This document shows positions 7,568 to 17,711 of a stretch of DNA of 64,000 nt, one piece after another (position 1 is the first letter of the stretch; every line of letters begins with the position of its first letter). Source of the DNA: an uncultured Spirochaetota bacterium (GTDB lineage: Bacteria > Spirochaetota > Spirochaetia > SZUA-6 > Fen-1364); NCBI GenBank assembly GCA_963820525.1, contig CAWGAA010000003.1:672001-736000 (forward strand). The letters run 5' to 3'. The notes beneath the pieces were generated by a model that searched no databases, was not told the DNA's origin, and saw only the letters and a program-made list of their open reading frames with translations. The translations under genes and the position numbers were made by a program.

Positions 7568-10254
7568 GACGCCGCCTCCTTGCCGGCGCCGGCGGCCGGC
7601 TCACGGACGCTGTTGGGAAGTGCGATCGCTATGGACAATCCACCCCGCCGGTTGATATAGGCTGAAATAATTCCCCCATGGGTTTCCACAATCCCCTTGC
7701 AGATCGAAAGCCCCAGCCCAACTCCCCCGGAGGTCGCCCTCTTTCCCCGGAAAAACATGTCGAACAGATGGGGAAGCTCATCGGAGGCGACGCCGGGGCC
7801 GGAGTCCGACACGGTGATGAGCACGTCCCTGCGGTTTCTCTCGACTGCAAGCTCTATGGGGGTGCCCGGGGGCGTGTAATGCACCGCATTCTGGACGATA
7901 TTGGTAAGGACCTGGACCATGAGGATGAAATCCACGGAAATGGGTGGAACATCTTCATCCACTTTCACCGTGAATGGATGGTCCGTGGTCTGCCGGCGAA
8001 GAGCGTCGGCCACGACGCTGGCCAGATCGAAGACGTCGGTGTCCGACCTCTTGAGCTTCATCATGCCCGACTCCAGGCGGCTCATGTTCAGGAGGTTCTC
8101 CACGATTCCGTTCAGCCTGTCCGTGGCCGTGAGGGTTTCCGTCAGGAGCATCTCCCGCGCATCGGGGTCCGCGCCGGTGGAGGAATCCATGAGCGCCGTT
8201 ATGGACCCCTTGATGGTGGTCAGGGGCGTCCGAAGCTCGTGCGATATCGTATTGAGGAGGATCTTGCTCAAGCGCTCCGATTCGCGCGCCATGAGGTTTT
8301 TCCGGTTCTCTTCGGCCAGGAGCTCCCGGCCGAGGGAGAGCGCGAGGGTCCGCCCGAGGGTTTGTAAAGATTCCTCGTGGTCGGGCATCCATTTCTTCTC
8401 CTCCGGCAGGCGGATGCCAAGCACACCGGCGGTCGAGTCGGGCGTGAGAAGCGGGATGTAGTGAAAGCGGGCCATGTGGAGCGTGTCGGTGTACCGCCCG
8501 CACGGCACCCTGTTGGCGAAACACCAGCGGGCCACGCTCTGCTCCTTCTCGTCCACCACGATGCCTCCGAGGGAAAAAGGGTTCGGGTCCAGCGTGTCTT
8601 GGTCCGCGGCGAAAAAAAGCAGGACTTCGGCCTCGAAGTACCGGGAGATGTGCTCCAGGCCAGTTCGGGCGATCTCCACCAGGCTCTGCTTGAAGGAGAG
8701 AGACTGCGACAAGTTGAAAAGGAGCGACAGCCTGTGCTGCCGGACGGAGAGCAGCTTCTGGCTCAACCTGAGGCGCGTCATCAGGAACGCCAGCGCGGCG
8801 GCGGTAATGAAGTAGAGGAACAGCATGAGGATGTCTTCAAGCTTCCTGATGTAGAAGGTGAAAGGCGGCGGAATGAACACGAGGTCCCAGAAAACCGCGC
8901 CAAGGGCGGCGGCCAGGAGAACCGCGATCCTGCTCACGAAAAACGCGAGGCCGATTACCGCCATGAGGTAGAGGATGCCGACTGAACGGTAGCCGATCAG
9001 GGGCAGGGCGACGAAGCCGACTCCCGTGACTAGCGCCAGGACGGCGAGCACCTTCAGGAGAGAGGCGCGCTCCGAGCGCAGGAAGGCGGGCAGCCGCACC
9101 CGGGCGTGGCGAAGGTCCATTCCCTTCTCCTGGACCACGGCGACGTCGATATCGCCGCTCGCCTCGATGACGCGATCCGTAACCGAAGGGCCGCGGAGGA
9201 GCCTGCGGCGCGTTGCCGGCCCGGGCTTGCCCATGACGATCTGGGAAATGTTGTTCGACCGCGCGTAGCCGACAATCGCCTCGGCGACACTCTCCGACGG
9301 TATCGCCACCACGCGCGCCCCCAGCTGCCGCGCGAGGTTCAGGTTTTTTCTGAGGCTTTCCTGATCCGCATCGCGGAGGGGCCGTCCCGTTTCGATGTAC
9401 AGGGCGGTCCACTCCGCCTTCAGGCTGAAGGCTCTCCGGCGCGTCCACCGAATGAGGTGAGCCGAGTTGGGGCTGGGGCTTATCGCTACCAGAAGGCGAT
9501 CTTCGGACCCCAGGGGGCCTTCCGGGCGCGTTTCGGTCCCGAAGCTCGACAGCTGATGGTTCACCATGAGGGCGGTATAGCGCAGCGACATCTCCCTCAG
9601 GGCGGTGAGCGTGCTCTTCTTGAAGAAGTTCTCCATGGCGGACTGCGCCATGTCCGCGGTATAGACCTTGCCTTCGGACAGGCGGTTGAGAAGCTCTTCG
9701 GGAGAAATATCGATGAGCACGACCTGGTCCGTAGCGTCGAAGACCGAGTCGGGCACCCGCTCGGCGACGGAGATGCCCGTGATCTCTTCTATTATATCCG
9801 CGAAGCTCTCCAGGTGCTGGACGTTCATCGTTGTGGAGACATCGATTCCCTGCTCCATGATCTCCAGGACGTCCTGGTAGCGCTTCCTGTTGCGCGTACC
9901 GGGCACGTTGGTGTGCGCCAGCTCGTCCACGAGCACCAGGTCCGGACGGCGGGAAATCACCGCGTCGACGTCCATCTCCTCGAGGAGCTTTCCCCGGTAT
10001 TCCACGCGCCTTCGGGGAACGGCCTCGAGGCCGACGGCGAGCTCTTCAGTCTCCTTGCGCTGATGAGTTTCGAGGTAGCCGACGACTACGTCGAGGCCTT
10101 CGGCGCGCTTCTGCCGCCCCTCCTTCAGCATGCCATAGGTCTTGCCAACTCCCGCCGCCATGCCGAAGAAGATCTTGAGCTTCCCCTTCCCGCTCTGCTC
10201 CCTCTCGGCCAGGCGAAGGAGGGCGTCAGGGTCCGGCCTCGCTCCATCAGTCAT
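7564..10254 (-). CDS. kdpD: Sensor histidine kinase KdpD
   Basis: RPDPDALL, KIFFGMAAGVGKTY, VDELAHTN, USP domain, 4 TM, GAF, SHELRTPL, HATPase; ATG 10254 with SD GAGG preferred over TTG 10296. Confidence 0.96.
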   Translation of the reverse strand: MTDGARPDPDALLRLAEREQSGKGKLKIFFGMAAGVGKTYGMLKEGRQKRAEGLDVVVGYLETHQRKETEELAVGLEAVPRRRVEYRGKLLEEMDVDAVISRRPDLVLVDELAHTNVPGTRNRKRYQDVLEIMEQGIDVSTTMNVQHLESFADIIEEITGISVAERVPDSVFDATDQVVLIDISPEELLNRLSEGKVYTADMAQSAMENFFKKSTLTALREMSLRYTALMVNHQLSSFGTETRPEGPLGSEDRLLVAISPSPNSAHLIRWTRRRAFSLKAEWTALYIETGRPLRDADQESLRKNLNLARQLGARVVAIPSESVAEAIVGYARSNNISQIVMGKPGPATRRRLLRGPSVTDRVIEASGDIDVAVVQEKGMDLRHARVRLPAFLRSERASLLKVLAVLALVTGVGFVALPLIGYRSVGILYLMAVIGLAFFVSRIAVLLAAALGAVFWDLVFIPPPFTFYIRKLEDILMLFLYFITAAALAFLMTRLRLSQKLLSVRQHRLSLLFNLSQSLSFKQSLVEIARTGLEHISRYFEAEVLLFFAADQDTLDPNPFSLGGIVVDEKEQSVARWCFANRVPCGRYTDTLHMARFHYIPLLTPDSTAGVLGIRLPEEKKWMPDHEESLQTLGRTLALSLGRELLAEENRKNLMARESERLSKILLNTISHELRTPLTTIKGSITALMDSSTGADPDAREMLLTETLTATDRLNGIVENLLNMSRLESGMMKLKRSDTDVFDLASVVADALRRQTTDHPFTVKVDEDVPPISVDFILMVQVLTNIVQNAVHYTPPGTPIELAVERNRRDVLITVSDSGPGVASDELPHLFDMFFRGKRATSGGVGLGLSICKGIVETHGGIISAYINRRGGLSIAIALPNSVREPAAGAGKEAAS

Positions 10255-10317
10255 TCGACGCCTCTTGGAGAATGATACAGCGCCGCGGCCCTCCAAGAAT
10301 AGTGCACGGACCGGCGC

Positions 10318-10887
10318 TTACTTCGGAAACTCCCTGTCGAGGGCCACGTTCAGCTCCAGCACGTTCACCCGCGGCTCTCCCAGAAAGCCGAGCTGGGACT
10401 GCCGTTCGAACCGCCGCACAAGGACCATGATGTCGCCGGCCTTTTGCGCTGCGAGATGCCGTGCCGCGGCCACGCGCGGCACCTGGAGCTCGGCCGCCTG
10501 CGGGCTGATGTTGGGGTCCAGGCCGCTTCCCGATGCAAAGAGCATGTCCATCGGCGGCTCGGTGCCGCCGTTCGCCTTTTTCCAATCCGCTTTGCGCTGT
10601 TCGAACTCCTTCTTCAGCTCCCCGCTGGTGTACCCGTAGTTGCTTGCCCCGGAGGAAGACGCGTCATACTTCACGGCGGACGGCCGCGGATGGAAGTAGG
10701 CGTCGCCCGCGAAGTCCTGCCCGATGAGCCGTGAGCCGACCACCTTCCCGTCACGGACCAGGAGGCTCCCCTGGGCCTTCTGCGGAAAGATCACGGCGCC
10801 GACCCCGGTCATGAGCAGGGGGTAGAGCCCTCCCGTAATGACCGTGAATACGACAAGGACGATTATTGAAGTCAGGAAGTGTTTCAT
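10318..10887 (-). CDS. kdpC: K+-transporting ATPase subunit C
   Basis: GS.LIGQ.F, YFHPRPSA, SGASNYG, ASGSGLDPNIS, GEPRVNVLELN; ATG 10887 with SD GGGAGG. Confidence 0.96.
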   Translation of the reverse strand: MKHFLTSIIVLVVFTVITGGLYPLLMTGVGAVIFPQKAQGSLLVRDGKVVGSRLIGQDFAGDAYFHPRPSAVKYDASSSGASNYGYTSGELKKEFEQRKADWKKANGGTEPPMDMLFASGSGLDPNISPQAAELQVPRVAAARHLAAQKAGDIMVLVRRFERQSQLGFLGEPRVNVLELNVALDREFPK

Positions 10888-10900
10888 GCCGATCCTCCCA

Positions 10901-12973
10901 TTACCCCAGCCCCAGAACGTGGACAAGCAGGTCAATAGCCTTTATCCCGAGAAACGGGGCTATTATTCCGCCTATCCCGTAGATCAAGAGGTTGCGCCGA
11001 AGAATCTTCGCCGCGCCGATGGGCCTGTATCTCACCCCGCGCAGCGCCAGCGGTATGAGGGCGATGATGATGAGCGCATTGAATATCACCGCGGAGAGGA
11101 TGGCACTCTGGGGTGAAGCCAATCGCATGATGTTCAACGCCCCAAGCGGTCCCACTCCCCCCGCCGCTGCGTACAACGAGAGAAACATGGCCGGAAGGAT
11201 GGCGAAGTACTTTGCAACATCATTGGCGATGCTGAAGGTCGTGAGCGCGCCCCGCGTCATGAGCTGCTCTTTTCCAACCTCGATGATGTCGATGAGCTTG
11301 GTGGGATTGGAATCGAGGTCCACCATGTTCCCCGCTTCCCTGGCCACCTGGGTGCCGGAGCTCATGGCCACCCCCACGTCGGCCTGCGCCAGGGCGGGGG
11401 CGTCGTTGGTGCCGTCTCCGATCATCGCCACCAGGTGGCCGGTCGCCTGCTCGGCCCTGATGCGCTCGAGCTTGGCCTGCGGGGTGGCCTCCGCGATAAA
11501 GTCATCCACCCCTGCCTCGGCGGCAATGGTGGCGGCGGTAAGCGGGTTGTCCCCCGTGATCATGATGGACCTGATGCCCATCTTTCGAAGGCGGAAGAGC
11601 CTCTCACGGATGCCGCCTTTAACGACATCCTTGAGGTAGATCACCCCCAGAATTTCCTTTCCCTGGGCTACGACGAGGGGGGTCCCCCCATCTGCGGAGA
11701 TCCTCTGCACCTCCCCGTCCACTTCCGCCGGGTATTTGCCGCCTGCCGCACAGACCCATTCCTTCACGGCTTCGGCGGCGCCCTTGCGAATGCTTTTCCG
11801 GTCATCCGCGAAATCCAGCCCGCTCATCCGTGTCTTTGCTGAGAACGGTACGAATTTGCCTCCGATCTCGGAGACGCTGGCCGTCTTCACCCCATAGGAA
11901 TGCCGGGCAAGATTTACGATCGAACGGCCCTCGGGAGTCTCGTCCGGAAGGCTGGCCAGGAGCGACGCTTCCGCCAGGACCCGCTCGCCCACTCCATCTG
12001 CGGGGTACAGCCTGGAGGCCATGCGGTTTCCCATGGTGACGGTGCCGGTCTTGTCCAGGAGCATCACGTCGATGTCTCCCGAGGCGTCGACCGCCCTGCC
12101 GCTCAGCGCCAGGACGTTTTTCTTCAAGAGACGGCTGACGCTGGAGATTCCGATGGCGGAAAGCAGAGCGCCGATCGTCGTGGGAATGAGACACACCAAA
12201 AGCGAGAACAAGACCGCTGGGGTGGCGAAGGCGCTCGTCCCCGACTGCTTCACGCTGTAATCGGAGAAGAACCAGAGGGTTCCGACGGCGGCGAGGAAAA
12301 TCAGGGAGAAAGCGGATAAAAGGATGAGCAGGGCTATCTCCCCCGGCGTCTTCTGCCGCGTGGCGTTTTCAACGAGGGAGATCATCCGGTCCACGAAGGT
12401 CTTTCCCTGTTCCGCGGTGATCTTCACGACGATCCTGTCGCTGATGACCTTTGTCCCGCCGGTCACGGCGCTCCTGTCTCCGCCGGACTCCCGGATCACG
12501 GGCGCGGACTCCCCCGTGATGGCGGATTCGTCGACGCTCGCGATGCCTTCCACGACCTCTCCGTCTCCGGGGATGACGTCACCCGCCTCGCATACAACAA
12601 GATCGCCCACGCCGAGCTCGGCGGAAGCGACCTTCTGCTCTTCGCCGCCCGGCGAAAGGCGCCGCGCGACCGTCTTTGTGCGCATGGCCCTGAGCGCATC
12701 GGCGCGCGCCTTGCCCTGGATTTCGGCCAGGGACTCCGAGAAGTTTGCGAACAGGACGGTGAACCACAGCCAGAGGGCGATCTGCAGGTTGAAGGGCGAA
12801 TACACCCCCCGCGCGGCATCGAGGGCAAACAGCACCGAGATGAACAGGGCCCCGATCCAGACCATGAACATGACGGGGTTTCTGATCTCGACCCGTGGAT
12901 CCAGCTTGAGGAAGGCCATTGCGGCAGCCCTCCGCAAGACGGGGAAGCTCCACAATCGGATTTCTTTTCTCAT
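10901..12973 (-). CDS. kdpB: K+-transporting ATPase subunit B (P-type ATPase)
   Basis: [48 protein letters not shown]. Confidence 0.98.
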   Translation of the reverse strand: MRKEIRLWSFPVLRRAAAMAFLKLDPRVEIRNPVMFMVWIGALFISVLFALDAARGVYSPFNLQIALWLWFTVLFANFSESLAEIQGKARADALRAMRTKTVARRLSPGGEEQKVASAELGVGDLVVCEAGDVIPGDGEVVEGIASVDESAITGESAPVIRESGGDRSAVTGGTKVISDRIVVKITAEQGKTFVDRMISLVENATRQKTPGEIALLILLSAFSLIFLAAVGTLWFFSDYSVKQSGTSAFATPAVLFSLLVCLIPTTIGALLSAIGISSVSRLLKKNVLALSGRAVDASGDIDVMLLDKTGTVTMGNRMASRLYPADGVGERVLAEASLLASLPDETPEGRSIVNLARHSYGVKTASVSEIGGKFVPFSAKTRMSGLDFADDRKSIRKGAAEAVKEWVCAAGGKYPAEVDGEVQRISADGGTPLVVAQGKEILGVIYLKDVVKGGIRERLFRLRKMGIRSIMITGDNPLTAATIAAEAGVDDFIAEATPQAKLERIRAEQATGHLVAMIGDGTNDAPALAQADVGVAMSSGTQVAREAGNMVDLDSNPTKLIDIIEVGKEQLMTRGALTTFSIANDVAKYFAILPAMFLSLYAAAGGVGPLGALNIMRLASPQSAILSAVIFNALIIIALIPLALRGVRYRPIGAAKILRRNLLIYGIGGIIAPFLGIKAIDLLVHVLGLG

Positions 12974-13034
12974 TGCGGTCTCCTTGTAGCTCGCCCGGGG
13001 GCGCGTTGTGCCGGAGGGCTCGCTGGATTTTCCC

Positions 13035-14819
13035 TTAGAACAAGACTCCCTTGAGCGCCAGGAAATGCTCCACGATCGGCCCCAGGGTCAGCGCCGGCAG
13101 GAAGTTCAGGCCGGTGACGATGAGTATTGTCAGGACCAGGAGCACAACGAACGTGGCATTGTTCGTTTGAAAGGTGCCAACGCTCGCCGGAACCGGCGTT
13201 TTGGCTGCAAGGCTCCCCCCGATGGCGATCACGGGGACAATGACCACGAACCGTCCCAGCAGCATTGCGAATGCCCCTGCCACGTTGTAGAATACGGTAT
13301 TCGCGTTCAACCCCGCGAAAGCGCTTCCGTTATTGCCTACCATCGATGCAAAAGCGTAGAGGATCTCGGACAACCCATGAGGACCTCCATTGTTCAGTGA
13401 AGAGAGGCCGGCCTTGGTGACTGAAGCTGCGGCCGCGAGGAACAGGATGGGCAGGCCCTGGGCCACGATTGCAAGCACGGAAAGCTGGACTTCGCGCGTC
13501 TCGATCTTCTTTCCCAAGTATTCCGGGGTCCTGCCCACCATGAGGCCGGCTATGAAAACCGTAATGAAAAGAAAGACGAGTAGCCCGTACATCCCTGCCC
13601 CAAGGCCGCCGAAGACCACCTCCCCCAGCATCATGTTGATCATGGGGATCATGCCCCCAAGGGGGGAAAAGCTGTCGTGCATGGAATTGACCGACCCATT
13701 GGAGACCACCGTGGTGGCCTCGGCCCAGAGTGCGCTGGCCGAGATTCCGAAGCGCACCTCCTTGCCCTCCATGGATCCGTATCCCCCGGAGATGCCATTG
13801 AAGCCATACTCCGCGAAGAGGATCGCGATGAGCCCCATGGCGAACATCGCGGTCTTGGCCGCGAACAGGGCGTAACCCTGGCTCTTGGACTTCACCATCC
13901 GGCCGAAGAGGAAGGGAATCGCCGTGGGGACGAGCAGGATGGCCAGAAGCTCCAGGAAGTTGCTGAAGGGCGTGGGGTTCTCGAAGGGGTGAGCCGAGTT
14001 CGTCCCGAAAAATCCTCCCCCGTTGCTTCCCAGCTGCTTGATGGCGATCTGGGATGCCGCCGGCCCCATGGGGATGATCTGCTGATTGCCCTCAACGGTT
14101 GTCGCGGTCACGTACCCGGAGAAGCTCTGGATGACCCCCTGGCTCATGAGGAGAACTGCAAGGATGATCGACAGCGGGAGAAGGATATAGAGAATGGTGC
14201 GGACATTGTCCACCCAGAAGTTGCCAACGGTCACGCGGTTTTCATCCGCCGTCTTGGGCACCGGCGCACCCGCCTGTTCCCTGTAATGGAGCCTGGCCGA
14301 ATACCTGTCCACCAAGCTTGAAAGCCCGCCCCTGGGCTTGTTCCGTATGCCGCGGATCAGGGCGAGCATGGCCGCCATGCCGGTTGCCGCGCTCAGGAAA
14401 TTATGGACGGCCAGGCCCGCCATCTGGGAGAGGTAGCTGGCGCTCACCTCCCCCGGGTAGCTCTGCCAGTTCGTGTTGGTCATGAAGCTGACTGCCGTAT
14501 TCAGGGCCTGGTGCAACGACATATTGTCCACGTTGTGCGGATTCAGCGGAAGCCATTTCTGCGTCATCAGGAGCGCCATGAGGGTGGCGAACCCGACGGC
14601 GTTGAAGACAAGCAGCGCCGCCAGGTACTGCTTCCAGTTCATCTGCCGGTCCGCGTCTACACCGCATATCCTGTAGATGAACCGCTCCACGGGAGAGAGG
14701 AACGACAGGATATGGCGCTCCCCCTCGTAGACCCTGGCCATGTACTTGCCCAGGAAAGGCGCCAGTCCGAAAACCAGGGCGAGATAAACGGCGAGTTGGA
14801 TCCCGTTGGCCGTGCTCAT
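13035..14819 (-). CDS. kdpA: K+-transporting ATPase subunit A
   Basis: [39 protein letters not shown] selectivity-filter motifs. Confidence 0.98.
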   Translation of the reverse strand: MSTANGIQLAVYLALVFGLAPFLGKYMARVYEGERHILSFLSPVERFIYRICGVDADRQMNWKQYLAALLVFNAVGFATLMALLMTQKWLPLNPHNVDNMSLHQALNTAVSFMTNTNWQSYPGEVSASYLSQMAGLAVHNFLSAATGMAAMLALIRGIRNKPRGGLSSLVDRYSARLHYREQAGAPVPKTADENRVTVGNFWVDNVRTILYILLPLSIILAVLLMSQGVIQSFSGYVTATTVEGNQQIIPMGPAASQIAIKQLGSNGGGFFGTNSAHPFENPTPFSNFLELLAILLVPTAIPFLFGRMVKSKSQGYALFAAKTAMFAMGLIAILFAEYGFNGISGGYGSMEGKEVRFGISASALWAEATTVVSNGSVNSMHDSFSPLGGMIPMINMMLGEVVFGGLGAGMYGLLVFLFITVFIAGLMVGRTPEYLGKKIETREVQLSVLAIVAQGLPILFLAAAASVTKAGLSSLNNGGPHGLSEILYAFASMVGNNGSAFAGLNANTVFYNVAGAFAMLLGRFVVIVPVIAIGGSLAAKTPVPASVGTFQTNNATFVVLLVLTILIVTGLNFLPALTLGPIVEHFLALKGVLF

Positions 14820-14855
14820 GAAAACCCCCTTATGCCTGTAGGGTGGCGGGCAGCC

Positions 14856-14942
14856 CTAAAACTTTTCCGGGCGTACGATCGAGTACGCGAGGTAGACCAG
14901 GAGAAACAGCCCGATCGCCGCCGAAAAAAACGCTACTGTCAT
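14856..14942 (-). CDS. kdpF: K+-transporting ATPase subunit F (28 aa, not in ORF track)
   Basis: Manual translation MTVAFFSAAIGLFLLVYLAYSIVRPEKF*, matching the KdpF YL.y.l..PEKF signature; directly upstream of kdpA. Confidence 0.93.
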   Translation of the reverse strand: MTVAFFSAAIGLFLLVYLAYSIVRPEKF

Positions 14943-14948
14943 GATTAA

Positions 14949-15027
14949 AGGGTAAGTGATCCTCCGCCGGCCGTATATGTTCGACGGGGCTAAAGTTTGC
15001 GCGCTCCACGCTAAAAAGCCGCTAGAA
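14949..15027 (-). promoter_or_regulatory. kdpF promoter: -10 TACCCT plus triple GCTA box (candidate KdpE site)
   Basis: GCTA at 14989, 15010 and 15021 (+ strand); same spacing and same 47-nt offset to ATG as the trkA promoter. Confidence 0.65.
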
Positions 15028-15082
15028 TCCGCACAGGGACAACACCCTGGCCGGTCAGCCGTTTTAGAGGCATTTTCTACTC

Positions 15083-16516
15083 ATGGCCATGGGCTCGGTG
15101 AGCACGCATGACAAGGCTCTCGGGATAAACATCGATGCCGCGCGCTACGGAACCTTCGCGGAGATCGGCGCCGGGCAGGAGGTTGCTCGATGGTTCTTCC
15201 ACGTCGGAGGAGCGGCGGGCACCGTGGCCAAGACCATCTCGGCATACGACATGGCGGTGTCTGACGCCGTCTACGGCTCCACCGAGCGCTACGTCAGCCG
15301 GCAGCGGCTCCAGGCAATGCTGGATCACGAGTGGGCCCTTCTCATAGAGCGGTTGGACGATGTGCGGGGCAGGGACACCGCATTCTTCGTCTTCGCCGAC
15401 ACCGTCACCGCCAAGAGCTACACCCGGCAGGAGGAAGGCCACGGCTGGCTGGGAATCCGCTTCCAGACCGAGCCGCGCAGCCAGGCGTCCCAGATCATCA
15501 TCCACGCACGCATGTGGGACACCGATAATGCGCGCCAGCAGGAGGCGTTGGGGATCCTCGGCGTCAACCTGATCTATGGGGCGTTCCACGAGTCCGGCCG
15601 GCCCGAGGCGCTCATCGCTTCGCTCATGGACGAGCTCACCCGTGACCGCATGGAAGTGGACATGATCAAGCTCTCGGGGCCGGCGTTCGACGGCGTGGAC
15701 AACCGCCTCATGAGCCTCCAGCTGGTCCAGCAGCGGCTCACCAACGCGGCCATGTTCGCCCCCGACGGCGAGGTGGTGGAGCCCGCGGAGCTTCTCTACA
15801 ACCGGCCCGTTCTGATCGAGCGAGGAAGCTTCCGCCCCATCACCCGCGTCATCCTCGACATGCTGGAGCGCTCGCTTCGGCAGATGCAGGAAGCGGAGGC
15901 AGGAGAGCCTGTTGTCCTCATGGAGATGACGCTTCGAAATCTCATGAGGCTGCATGAGGAAGTGGACCATGCCGATTTCCTGGCCCGCATGGATACCCTC
16001 TGCGCCCTGGGAAAGACCGTCATGGTCTCCAACTACTCCCGATTCCATAACGTCACAACGTATCTCAGGCGCTATACTCACCGCCGGATCGTCATGACGC
16101 TCGGCGTTCCGACCCTGGCCGAGCTTCTGGAGGAGAGCCATTACCGGGATCTTCCCGGCGGCATTCTCGACGCGCTCGGACGGCTTTTCAACGGTCCCGC
16201 TACTCTCTTCGTCTACCCCTGGAAGAACGGCCCGACAGGAGAGGTCGTCACCGCGGAGACGTTCCGCCCGCCCGCCTCCCTGGCTCATCTCTACCGCCAC
16301 CTTCTCGAAAACCATCTCATAGAATCGATCCGCAATGTTCCCGAGGCGGATCTCTCCACGCTTCCCGCGGACGTTCTTGAAAGGCTCCAATCGGGAGATC
16401 CCTCCTGGGAGAGGCTCGTGCCCGCGGAGGCGGCGGGAGTGATCAAGAAGCAGAGGCTCTTCGGCTATCGCGGGGATAAGCAGGTACTCGATACTCTGGA
16501 CAGTGAAGGCAGATAA
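15083..16516 (+). CDS. Conserved protein with CinA/PncC-like N-terminus and nucleotidyltransferase-like (NadD/NadM/CoaD fold) C-terminus
   Basis: GTFAEIGAGQEVARWFF..GGAAGTVAKTISAYD N-domain; RGSFRPIT and GDPSWERLVP...IKKQRLFGY C-domain; cytoplasmic, no signal peptide. Confidence 0.65.
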   Translation: MAMGSVSTHDKALGINIDAARYGTFAEIGAGQEVARWFFHVGGAAGTVAKTISAYDMAVSDAVYGSTERYVSRQRLQAMLDHEWALLIERLDDVRGRDTAFFVFADTVTAKSYTRQEEGHGWLGIRFQTEPRSQASQIIIHARMWDTDNARQQEALGILGVNLIYGAFHESGRPEALIASLMDELTRDRMEVDMIKLSGPAFDGVDNRLMSLQLVQQRLTNAAMFAPDGEVVEPAELLYNRPVLIERGSFRPITRVILDMLERSLRQMQEAEAGEPVVLMEMTLRNLMRLHEEVDHADFLARMDTLCALGKTVMVSNYSRFHNVTTYLRRYTHRRIVMTLGVPTLAELLEESHYRDLPGGILDALGRLFNGPATLFVYPWKNGPTGEVVTAETFRPPASLAHLYRHLLENHLIESIRNVPEADLSTLPADVLERLQSGDPSWERLVPAEAAGVIKKQRLFGYRGDKQVLDTLDSEGR

Positions 16517-16569
16517 GGGTGAACGAGGAACAGCAGTGCCCACAGTGAGGGAGGGATCCTCCGCCGCGG

Positions 16570-16605
16570 CATCATGATGATCATCATGATGATGATAATG
16601 ATGAT
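16570..16605. repeat. (ATC/ATG)n simple repeat containing a perfect 22-bp palindrome
   Basis: CATCATGATGATCATCATGATG (16570-16591) is its own reverse complement; continues as ATGATAATGATGAT. Confidence 0.8.
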
Positions 16606-16656
16606 TTACTAAATTATAATGTTTGACAAAACAGTAAAATTACTGTATTTAGTAAA
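16605..16656 (+). promoter_or_regulatory. Promoter with nested inverted repeats upstream of the AbiEi-like gene
   Basis: TTGACA 16623-16628, N17, TATTTA 16646-16651; inner IR ACAGTAA-aa-TTACTGT 16631-16646; outer IR TTTACTAAA 16605-16613 / TTTAGTAAA 16648-16656. Confidence 0.7.
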
Positions 16657-16658
16657 CC

Positions 16659-17711
16659 ATGCGCGCCGATGGCTATCGAAAAGAACTTGTTGGTAAGGTC
16701 CCCGGGATTCTCACTCATCTCCTTGGTGCAAACAAAGACGTAAGGATCCAATCGGACGAGCGTACTGGCCCCGACCTCGTAATAACCGCAAGCGGCAAGA
16801 CCTTTGTCATAGAGTTCAAACAATCTACGGGAACAGCCACCATTGCTGCTGCCGCAAGGCAGCTCTTGTCCTACCGCAAGCGGACTGCGAAACAGGTGGT
16901 CCTGCTCATTGCTGTTCCGTTTATGGGTGAAGCCGGACGGAGAGTATGCGAGGAACTGGGGGTTGGGTGGATTGACCTTAGCGGCAATGCTCATATCGTG
17001 GCGTCAGGCCTTCGCATAATCGTGGAAGGGCGGCCGAATCGATTTCTATCGGCAGGGAGGCCGCCTAATCTTTTTGCGCCAAAGAGCTCCCGGGTTGCTC
17101 GTTGGCTTATCATGCATCCCGATCAGTCAATTACTCAACGCGAACTCGCCAGGACCGTCGATATGGGGGAAGGCTTTATCAGCCGCATTATCTCTCGTCT
17201 CGAACAAGAGGGCTATGTCATTCGTGAGAATGGATCGGCAATCCGATCGAAAAACCCCTCACTCTTACTGGATGCATGGCAGGAACGCTACCAGTTTTCC
17301 AAACACATGGTTCATCAGGGCTATATTTCAGCACGTTCGGGCGATGCGCTTCTTAAATTTCTTCATAATGAGTTTGCCTCGTGGAAGGTAGAATATGCTG
17401 CGACGGGGCTAGCTGCAGCGTGGATGTTTACCAAGTTTGTGGCCTTTCGGACTGTCACGGTCTATGTTCCGCACGAACCCACGGATGAGCTACTGCAAGG
17501 GCTTGCATACAGTGATGATCCCAGAGGTGCGAATACTTGGCTGGTAGTCCCAAATGACAAGGGGGTTTTCCATGGAGCAGGCGAGAAGGAGGGAATACGC
17601 TGTGTCCATCCTGTGCAGGCGTACCTTGATCTGAAGGATCAGCCTGAACGAGCAATGGAGGCCGCCGAACGGCTGCGCAAAGAGTATTTGAACTGGGGGA
17701 CGAATGGCTAA
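16659..17711 (+). CDS. AbiEi-like antitoxin/transcriptional regulator (type IV TA)
   Basis: N-terminal PD...IEFK restriction-endonuclease-like fold, D.SGNA, central wHTH (TQRELAR...GFISRIISRLEQEGY), C-terminal ATGLAAA and VHPVQAYLDL...ERAMEAAERL. Confidence 0.75.
   Translation: MRADGYRKELVGKVPGILTHLLGANKDVRIQSDERTGPDLVITASGKTFVIEFKQSTGTATIAAAARQLLSYRKRTAKQVVLLIAVPFMGEAGRRVCEELGVGWIDLSGNAHIVASGLRIIVEGRPNRFLSAGRPPNLFAPKSSRVARWLIMHPDQSITQRELARTVDMGEGFISRIISRLEQEGYVIRENGSAIRSKNPSLLLDAWQERYQFSKHMVHQGYISARSGDALLKFLHNEFASWKVEYAATGLAAAWMFTKFVAFRTVTVYVPHEPTDELLQGLAYSDDPRGANTWLVVPNDKGVFHGAGEKEGIRCVHPVQAYLDLKDQPERAMEAAERLRKEYLNWGTNG

Noticed and set aside
15083..16516. TonB-dependent receptor label that I recall being attached to this family
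   Set aside because: No signal peptide, no beta-barrel pattern, too short; the motifs indicate a cytoplasmic alpha/beta enzyme
16560..16610. His-rich peptide (HHYHHHDDHHD) on the minus strand
   Set aside because: No convincing start or SD; explained by the ATG/ATC repeat
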